Of a stretch of 7,615 nucleotides of DNA, positions 1 to 6,443 are shown in pieces. A program made the position numbers and the translations under genes. The stretch comes from Fonticula alba ATCC 38817 (taxonomy: Eukaryota; Protista; Nucleariida): assembly GCA_000388065.2 (NCBI GenBank), contig KB932201.1. The stretch is one strand, 5' to 3'. Within the stretch, counting starts at the first letter, position 1, and every line of letters starts with the position of its first letter. A model generated the notes under the pieces. It was not told where the DNA came from. It did no database searches and saw nothing but the letters and a program-made list of their open reading frames with translations.

Positions 1-16
1 GGGGGGGGGATTCCCT

Positions 17-1150
17 TCAGGAGGAGGCCTCGGCGGCAGGCTCGGCCGCGGCCGTCGCTGCGGCCTCTGCAACGGCCTCGGCTGCCGCAATCTCCTCGGC
101 GACCAGCCCCGCGATGGACGGATCCAGGGCCAGGATTTCGGCGCGCAGATCAGCCAGCGCCTGGTTGGCCGCACGGATGCGCTTGCGCGTGGCCGGGAAG
201 ATGGGCTCCAGCTCCAGGAGGGACCCATCGCGGGAGTGCTGGAAAATCTCGGCCATCAGGATCGGCGCCCGATCTAGGGGATCGCGACTTTCCAGGTTCA
301 GGGTCGGCTTGTCCCGGCTCTCGAAGCGCACGGGCAGCCAGAAGAACCGATCCAGCGGGAGGGGGGAAGTGATGTCCTGGTCGGTGTAGAGATCGCCGAA
401 AGCGTTTGGCTTGTTGGGGACCGGGGCAACGGGGGTCAACCCGAGGTCGTGCTCGGCGGCCTGGCGCTCGAGGGCCTCCTGCTCGGCCAGCTGGCGCCGC
501 TCGGCCTGGCGCTCGCGCTCATGCAGGTGGTACGAGGTGTACGTCAGGAGGAGACCCCCGGCCAGGCCGGCCTGAACGGCCAGCGCCTGGCGCGAACGAG
601 ATGCCTGCTGCAGGTGTGCCAGCAGCCCGAAGCACAAGCCCATGGCTGTGGCATTGGCGGCGGCATTGTAATGCGGTGATAGGAGGATGCTGCTGAAGCG
701 GTGGTGCAGATCGTGACGCAAGAGCTGCAGCCGCGAGAAGTAAATGCGCTCGTCGGCCGGCAGGGGATCCGGCGCCGGGGTCCCGGGCGGCGGGAATTCC
801 CCGAAGCCAACCGCCAGCCGGGGAGACTTGAGTGATCCGGAATCCAGGCCATCCGACAGGGGGACCGACAGGACCTGCTGCGCCACGAAGAAGGCACTGA
901 AGGGAATCAATGCCACCAGTGTCTGCCGGTAGAATACTCGCGCCAGGATGGTGGACGCGCCGTAGGGCGTGGCCGACACCAGCAGCGTGGACCCAAGTCC
1001 AAAGAGCCCGGCATAGGGGCCGGCCTGGAGGAGGCACTCACCGAGCGCGCGCACCGCCTCCCGCAGCCCCTCGGTCGTGGAGGAGCCACTGAAGTGGCTC
1101 CGCGGGCGAGAGCCAGGCTGGAGGAAAGGATCACCCTCGGTAGCAGGCAT
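17..1150 (-). CDS. Intronless 377-aa predicted four-helix membrane protein, Tim17/Tim22/Tim23-superfamily-like, with C-terminal coiled segment; function unknown
   Basis: Open frame from ATG (1150) to TGA (17-19) with normal amino-acid complexity, unlike neighbouring frames. Four small-residue hydrophobic segments lie at about aa 41-60 (LQAGPYAGLFGLGSTLLVSA), 77-94, 162-180 (NAAANATAMGLCFGLLAHL) and 189-207 (ALAVQAGLAGGLLLTYTSY), followed by a charged helix (ERERQAERRQLAEQEALERQ). The CDS call is strong; the family assignment is pattern recognition only. Confidence 0.85.
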   Translation of the reverse strand: MPATEGDPFLQPGSRPRSHFSGSSTTEGLREAVRALGECLLQAGPYAGLFGLGSTLLVSATPYGASTILARVFYRQTLVALIPFSAFFVAQQVLSVPLSDGLDSGSLKSPRLAVGFGEFPPPGTPAPDPLPADERIYFSRLQLLRHDLHHRFSSILLSPHYNAAANATAMGLCFGLLAHLQQASRSRQALAVQAGLAGGLLLTYTSYHLHERERQAERRQLAEQEALERQAAEHDLGLTPVAPVPNKPNAFGDLYTDQDITSPLPLDRFFWLPVRFESRDKPTLNLESRDPLDRAPILMAEIFQHSRDGSLLELEPIFPATRKRIRAANQALADLRAEILALDPSIAGLVAEEIAAAEAVAEAAATAAAEPAAEASS

Positions 1151-1315
1151 GTGTGGGCGTCGTGGGAGGGGGGAAGAGGAGAAGCGAGGACGAACGGAAG
1201 GGAGGGTGGGGGATGGGGGGTGGGTGAGAAAAGAAGAGGGGGAGGGCTAGACTGGGATAATGTGTGTGTCCGGGGCCCGGGGGTGCCTTTGAATCCTGCA
1301 CCAAGTTGGGCCGCC

Positions 1316-1336
1316 CTCTCTCTCTCTCTCTCTCTC
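1316..1336. repeat. (CT)10 microsatellite
   Basis: Read directly. Confidence 0.95.
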
Positions 1337-1470
1337 CCCTTCTCGCGCTCTCCCTCCCTCCTGGGTGCGCAGGTGGCCTCTCCTACATGCTCGGCGAAGA
1401 GAGTACAGGGGCAGGGGCGCGATCGAGCCCACCCAAAGAAGACCGGAAGGCCCTGGAGAGGGGGAGGTGC

Positions 1471-1471
<1 letters not shown>

Positions 1472-1509
<38 letters not shown>
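1472..1509. repeat. (AC)19 microsatellite
   Basis: Read directly. Confidence 0.97.
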
Positions 1510-1513
<4 letters not shown>

Positions 1514-1625
1514 GCACATGTTCGGCGCTGCGTACGATTCGATGCAACCAACTTCACACGCGCGCAAAAAAAGATGGTGCGGCGGTATGGACATGTGACT
1601 AGCCGGCTACATATGCGCGACACGT

Positions 1626-1647
1626 GATGTAAAACTATATTTATACA
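1626..1647 (-). promoter_or_regulatory. AT-rich island (TGTATAAATATAG): candidate 3'-processing signal of the ankyrin gene, or a TATA-like element for the downstream gene
   Basis: The only clearly AT-rich patch in the 1.45-kb spacer between the genes; contains TGTA and TATAAA on the minus strand. Confidence 0.35.
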
Positions 1648-1760
1648 AGGACACAAGGACACACGCCATCTCAACGGGGGGTGGGGGGGTGGGGTGGGAG
1701 AGGGGAGATGGGAGGGCAGGGGCGAGTGGAGGGTGGATGTGGGGCGAGATGGTGGTGTAG

Positions 1761-1778
1761 GAGAGAGAGAGAGAGAGA
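1761..1778. repeat. (GA)9 microsatellite
   Basis: Read directly. Confidence 0.9.
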
Positions 1779-1918
1779 GGGAGGGAGAGGAAAGGAAGAC
1801 ATGTGTGTGGGGCACCAGATGTGAAGAGGGACGGGGAGGGGGAGAAGGAGTGGGGATCATGTGTGTGCGTCGATGGAGGGGGGGGGGAGGAAGGGGAGGG
1901 GAGATGGAGAGCGATAAG

Positions 1919-1924
<6 letters not shown>

Positions 1925-1954
<30 letters not shown>
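1925..1954. repeat. (GA)15 microsatellite
   Basis: Read directly. Confidence 0.95.
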
Positions 1955-1958
<4 letters not shown>

Positions 1959-2220
1959 GGGGGGGGAGGGGGGGCAGTGCATATGCATCCCAGGAGCAGT
2001 GCGCCCGCTGTTCGCGACGGCGATCGTGCATGCAGGTGGCCGCCGAGAGGGATGCTCGCAGAGATGCCAGACATGCTTCCCTCCTCAGCCCCTCGGCCAA
2101 TACTGTCTCTTTGCCCTGCGTGTGGGCATTTTGCCCCGCCAGGGGTTCTCTACTCTGCTCGCTCTCGCCTCGCTATGCCGAGGAAGGAGGGGGGAGATCG
2201 CGCGCGTTCTACTACTCTCA

Positions 2221-2234
2221 CGCGCGCGCGCGCG
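2221..2234. repeat. (CG)7 alternating repeat
   Basis: Read directly. Confidence 0.9.
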
Positions 2235-2605
2235 CCCCTCCCAGTGAGGAGGAGGGAGGTGTGTGACCTTTCCAATGCGCCGGTGCCGCCTCTGCTGCTG
2301 CGACCGACCAAGCGCTGCATATGCACAGGGAGATGCATGCTCTGTACGGACGCAAATGGACATGCCATGCGCATGCGCCACGCGTGCTGGGCAGCAGACA
2401 CGAGGAAGGAGGGAGGGGGATGGGGGGGGGGGAAAGAGAGAGGAGCAGAGACTGGGGAGAGGGGAGGATGGAGAACGGCGAAGCTCGATCACCAGAGAGG
2501 GATGTGTGTGTGGTGTGTGTGCGTGTGTGTGCGTGTGGGGGGAGGGGGACATGCGCGCGCCGCGATGGGCTGGCACGCAGAAGCACAGCGGGGCCGCGCC
2601 AAGCA

Positions 2606-5600
2606 TTATGTGGACCCGGCCTCGGCTGCGGCAGCCGCGCGGGCAGCCGCGGCCCGCGCGGCAGCCAGACCGGACGGCTGCCTGGTCGCACGGCCGACAT
2701 TCGGAGCCGGCTGGGCAGGCTGCTCGCCGGCGGCAACCGCGGCGGCTTGCTGCTCGTCATGCTGCACCTGGCGCTGAGCCGCCTCATCCAATGACCCACC
2801 AGTGGCCGGGCCCAGACGGTAGACCGTCGACACCCGGCGCACCAGGCCAGTTGAGGTGGCCGTCAGACCGGTGTTCGAGGGGGCGTGGAGCATGCGAGCC
2901 GCAGCGGCGGTCGCCGCGGCAATTTGGTCCTCCGGCGCCGAGGACTCGGCCTCGGTGTCACTGTCACTCCCGGCGCCGGGGCTGTACAGTGGCGACAGGT
3001 AGGCCTTGATGTCCGGATCCTCGGCCTCATCATAGGCGGTCTTGTTTTCGTTATTCAGGATCCCGGCATCGGCGTTGCACTCCTCCACCAAAAAGCGAAT
3101 GACCTCCAGATGCCCCATCAGGGCAGCCGTATGCAGGGGAGTCCACCCATCGACATCATAGATGTTGGGATCGGCCCCATGCTGGATGAGGAATTTGCAG
3201 AAGTCCAGATCCCCGGCCTCGGCGGCGTAGTGCAAGGCCGCAAGACCGCTGAAGCTCTGTCGCCATCCATCCATGGCAGCCGGGCGCCAGGGAAAGCCCC
3301 GGAGGAAGGGGAGGGGGGAGGGCGAGAGGAAAGTCAGAAGGCAGCCGGGGAAAGGTGAGGAGGAGCGGGGGGGGGGGGGGGGGGGGGGGAATATCCCGGG
3401 GCATTGTGTGCGCAGGAGGGATGGCACGGGAGACACGGACCTGGTCATTTGGGCTGGCCCGACGCGAGGCAATCCAATCGCGCACGAGCTTGAAATCCGG
3501 CGTCGGGGTGAAGGGCACCGGGTCGCCATTGTCATCGAGGGTCTCGTAGATGGGCGCAAAGCGGATGGCATCCACATACACATGGTGATCCTCGAAGTGG
3601 ATGCGGCGATTGCGCGGCGATCCGATGGGCGATGCCACCGGCGACGGGGGAACCGGCGACCCGTCCGACAGGCACACCTTGCCGGAAGGGGATGCCGTGG
3701 CCGTGGCACCGGCACCGGGCAGCTGATGTGCTGCGTGGATTTCCCGCAGCGAGGGCCCGGACCCGATCCCCGACAGGGAGGCCGTGGCCGCCGAGCGATT
3801 CCAGTTGGCGATCGACCGAGCCGGCCGGCGAGCCGGGTCATGGGGCTTCCACCCGCCGCGGGGCTCCGGCATGGGCCGATCCTTTTGGTAGTGCAGGGTC
3901 ATGAAGCCGGGGTTGAGGTCCACCGCCTCGGAGGTGGGGCTGTCAGCCAGCTTGCGATCTTGCTCGCGCTTGGATGCCGCCAGGGCGCAATGCCGGGCCA
4001 CGGACACCGTGGGCGGCGAGGAAATGCTGTTGCGCCGGGCCCCGAGCCGGGTCGAGTGCGTGGGCGAGCCGGGGGGCAGATCGACCGACGTCGGCCGCGG
4101 GGAGGACGACCCGACGCTCGGGGAGTTGGGGGTGGCCGACACCGTGGGGATGGCCACCGGGGTCGAGCCGGTGGTGGTCACCGGCACAGCCGCCGGCGAG
4201 GCAATCTCCAGCGGGGCAATGATGGGCTTGGACGGCGGCGACCCGGGCGGGGGGTGCGACTGGTATTGCTGCTCCCCGGCCTCGGCCTGGCTGCCGGAGG
4301 AAGCCGCAGCAGAGGCGGCGACAACCGACGGCACACAGGTGGACGAGTGGGGGAAGTCTGTCGTGGTGGCCCGGGTGGTGGGAATGGCAGTGACGGTGGG
4401 GCCAGTGGCGGCGGCGGCGGCGGCGGCGGCGGCAGCGGAGGAGGAGGAGGAGGAGGAGGAGGTGCCAGTGGCGCTCGCCGACGGGGGGAGGGTCACCTTG
4501 ACCCCCGAAGCGGCGGCCGAAGCGGCGGCCGCATCGGCCGTCGGCAGGACCGGCGACGTGGGCGAGTCCGACAACGGGGTGGGCGGCTGAGGGCGCGAGG
4601 CAATGCCCGTGACGGCGGTAATGTGCTCATAGGCCGAGATCTTGGACTTGATGGAGGGGAGGTTGAGGGTGAGCTGGGAGCCATTGGCCGCGGCCCCGGC
4701 CGGGGGGGCTCCCCCAGCACCGGCGGCCGACGAGCTGCCCAGGGGGGGAGCCGGTCGCGAGGCAGCCGCCCCGGCGCCATTGGCCACGCCGCCGAAGTTG
4801 GCTGACAGCCGGAAGATGGAGCTCGGGGACCGCAGGGTCCCGGAGGCCTTGAAGGCGGAGATGGATGCCGCCGCGGGAGCATTGCTGGAGGCCACGGCCT
4901 TGGCCACGGTCCCAACGGTCGGCGTGGTCTTCGGGGTGGTCACGGCGCCGCCGGAGCTGGTTGTAGACTTGACCGGGGTCCCGGGGGCGGTGCCCTGTGT
5001 CGAGTGATCGGACTCGGACTCGTCGTCATCCCCTGTAAATGGGGCACGCATGTCGCGCGTCACGCGATGCATGGCGAGAGAGGGGAGGTAGAAGGGGGAA
5101 GGGGGTGTTAAAAGGGGCTTATATACAGGGGGGGGGGACAAGTGAAGGGAAGCCAAGGGCCGGGCGTAGTGGCCGGCCTGGAAAAGGGCCCAGGGGGGGG
5201 GGGGGGGGGGAGGACGCACACTCGTTGGCAAAGAAAGCCTGGCGAACCGAATCGCTGAGGGCACAATCAATCGGGATGTGCCCGCGTCGGTTGCGCACAT
5301 AACACTCGGCGCCGCGAGCCAGGAGGAGCGAAACAACCTCGGTCATCTCGGAAAAGGCGGCCAAGTGGAGATTGGTATTGTGGACGCCCCAGCGCCGGTG
5401 GAGGTCCTCCGGTTCGCAGTACCGCAGGGCCAGGAGCAGGGCCGTGGCCTCCGAGCCCGTCAGCAGGGCATATTGAAAGGGGCTCAGAGGGCCGATCGTC
5501 TCGCCGAGGAGCTGGTGCTGTGTGCCGGAAGGGGGGGAGGGGGGGGGAAATCAGCAAAAGCGGCAGAGAGGGCATGTGCCACGCGATGGCGAGCAACGGG

Positions 5601-5974
5601 ACAGACGCACGGCGAGCACGATGTCATCCTCATAATACTGGGCCCCGAGCTTGGTGGTGCGGATCAGGTTCGGGGTCTTGATCAACATCGATTCGACGAG
5701 ATCCGTGTCATCCTCGGCGATGGCGTCGAAGAAGGAGTCGCGGACGGGAGCGCTGGGACAAGATGGCGTGGGTGGGTGGGTGGGTGGGGGGAGGAGGATT
5801 ACAGCGTGGCAAGGAGGAAGAAGGGTGAGGGAGGACAGGGGGGGGGGAGGAACAGGGGGAACGCCATCATGGGTAGGAAGAGCGGGAGGGTGGCAGATGG
5901 AGAGGCGGAGAGTGGGCGCACCTGACGCCTGCAATAAGCCCCTGGTCGGAGGACTTGATCGCTGGAGCAGCCAT
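2606..5974 (-). CDS. Five-exon ankyrin-repeat protein, putative protein phosphatase 1 regulatory subunit (911 aa): join(5974..5922,5752..5611,5517..5220,5032..3441,3256..2606)
   Basis: Four GT..AG introns with matching phases (2,0,1,0) join pieces of separate ORFs into one 2736-nt frame (53+142+298+1592+651) ending in TAA at 2606-2608. The intron-4 junction rebuilds a canonical ankyrin repeat (RASPNDQ|SFSGLAALHYAAEAGDLDFCKFLIQHGADPN, then DGWTPLHTAALMGHLEVIRFLVE). The N-terminal exons give FFDAIAEDDTDLVESML, LSPFQYALLTGS and NTNLHLAAFSEMTEVVSLLLARGAECYVRNRRGHIPIDCA. The start ATG (5974, context caagtcATGG) is the least certain element. Confidence 0.85.
3257..3440 (-). other. Intron 4 of ankyrin gene (184 nt, phase 0)
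   Basis: CAG|GTCCGT donor, C23 run, gcgacAG acceptor; splicing restores an intact ankyrin repeat (ASPNDQSFSGLAALH). Confidence 0.9.
3594..3608 (-). other. RVxF-type PP1 docking motif (RRIHF) encoded directly before the C-terminal ankyrin repeats
   Basis: RIHFEDHHVYVDAI aligns by eye with MYPT1 KVKFDDGAVFLAAC and fits [RK]-x(0,1)-[VI]-x-[FW]. Confidence 0.75.
4407..4460 (-). repeat. Coding trinucleotide repeat (TCC)8-GCT-(GCC)9 encoding Ser8-Ala10
   Basis: Read directly from the sequence within exon 4. Confidence 0.95.
5033..5219 (-). other. Intron 3 of ankyrin gene (187 nt, phase 1)
   Basis: GTGCGT donor followed by a C18 run; catttacAG acceptor; the junction codon T|GG gives FFANEWDDDESES and reconciles two different reading frames. 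Confidence 0.85.
5518..5610 (-). other. Intron 2 of ankyrin gene (93 nt, phase 0)
   Basis: GCC|GTGCGT donor; CTGAT branch-like motif, C-run and cacacAG acceptor; joins DDIVLA to HQLLGETIG in frame. Confidence 0.8.
5753..5921 (-). other. Intron 1 of ankyrin gene (169 nt, phase 2)
   Basis: CAG|GTGCGC donor and ttgtcccAG acceptor; C/T-rich body; the junction codon AG|C (Ser) links MAAPAIKSSDQGLIAGV to APVRDSFF. Confidence 0.7.
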
Positions 5975-6419
5975 GACTTGGGAAGTTAGGCCGACGGTGG
6001 GCGCTGCAAGAGGGCTCGGGGACGGCGGGACTGTGGCGAAATCAACGGCTCCGGAATGGCGCGGACGAGAGGTGCAACGGCGAGACAGGGGATGGGAAGG
6101 GGGGGGGGAAGGGGAGGGCGGGAGGAAGCGCTGCCAGCGGGGCGGGACCAGGCGGGGGGGACTGGGCGCGCCGGGGCGGGAGGGACGTGTGCAGAGGGGG
6201 GGGGGAAAGGTGTGTGGCTACAAGGGACAGGGGGAGGGGGGGCAGTTGTCGACCGGCGAGATGCGGGGCGGCGAGGGGGGAGGGAAAAAAATGATGTACT
6301 TGTGGCTGATGCACACCTCCCGGCCGTGTGCTTGTGGCCACCGCCGGGCGGGGTCTTCACAAGGGGGCGGTGGGGAACCGGTGCATCGGAGCCATGCACG
6401 ATGATTTGCATCCCGTAGC

Positions 6420-6443
6420 GCCCGGGCCCTCACGGGCCCGGGC
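6420..6443 (-). other. Perfect 10-bp GC inverted repeat with 4-nt loop (GUGA on minus strand)
   Basis: Minus strand reads GCCCGGGCCC-GTGA-GGGCCCGGGC. The structure is direct from the sequence; any function is unproven. Confidence 0.6.

Noticed and set aside
1151-1620. Possible 5' intron or extra exon of gene 1 (GTGCGT at the start of the (TG)n tract)
   Set aside because: The donor-like hexamer is part of the microsatellite edge, and I found no convincing acceptor or upstream coding exon.
907-2100. 397-aa minus-strand ORF and overlapping ORFs across the spacer
   Set aside because: They translate microsatellites (LSLS, CVCV, RERE, poly-Pro) and show no sign of real coding.
3257-3440. Programmed frameshift as an alternative to intron 4
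   Set aside because: The canonical GT-AG pair, poly-C body and perfect ankyrin junction explain the frame change by ordinary splicing.
2606-3841. 411-aa ORF taken as a stand-alone gene
   Set aside because: Only the last 216 aa (from 3256) are the real frame; the N-terminal part is the wrong frame of exon 4 plus intron 4.
3273-4805. 510-aa plus-strand ORF and the other antisense ORFs over exon 4 (e.g. 3901..4590)
   Set aside because: Arg/Gly-rich shadow frames of the minus-strand gene. High GC makes stops rare and no domain-like sequence is present.
3156-5336. 726-aa ORF taken as a stand-alone gene
   Set aside because: Both ends run into poly-C intron sequence (poly-Pro), and splicing at both ends restores intact ankyrin repeats, so it is exon 4 plus read-through.
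5278-5925. 215-aa plus-strand ORF with ordinary-looking composition
   Set aside because: Antisense in-register shadow of exons 2-3; it degrades into Gly/Arg-rich sequence exactly over the introns.
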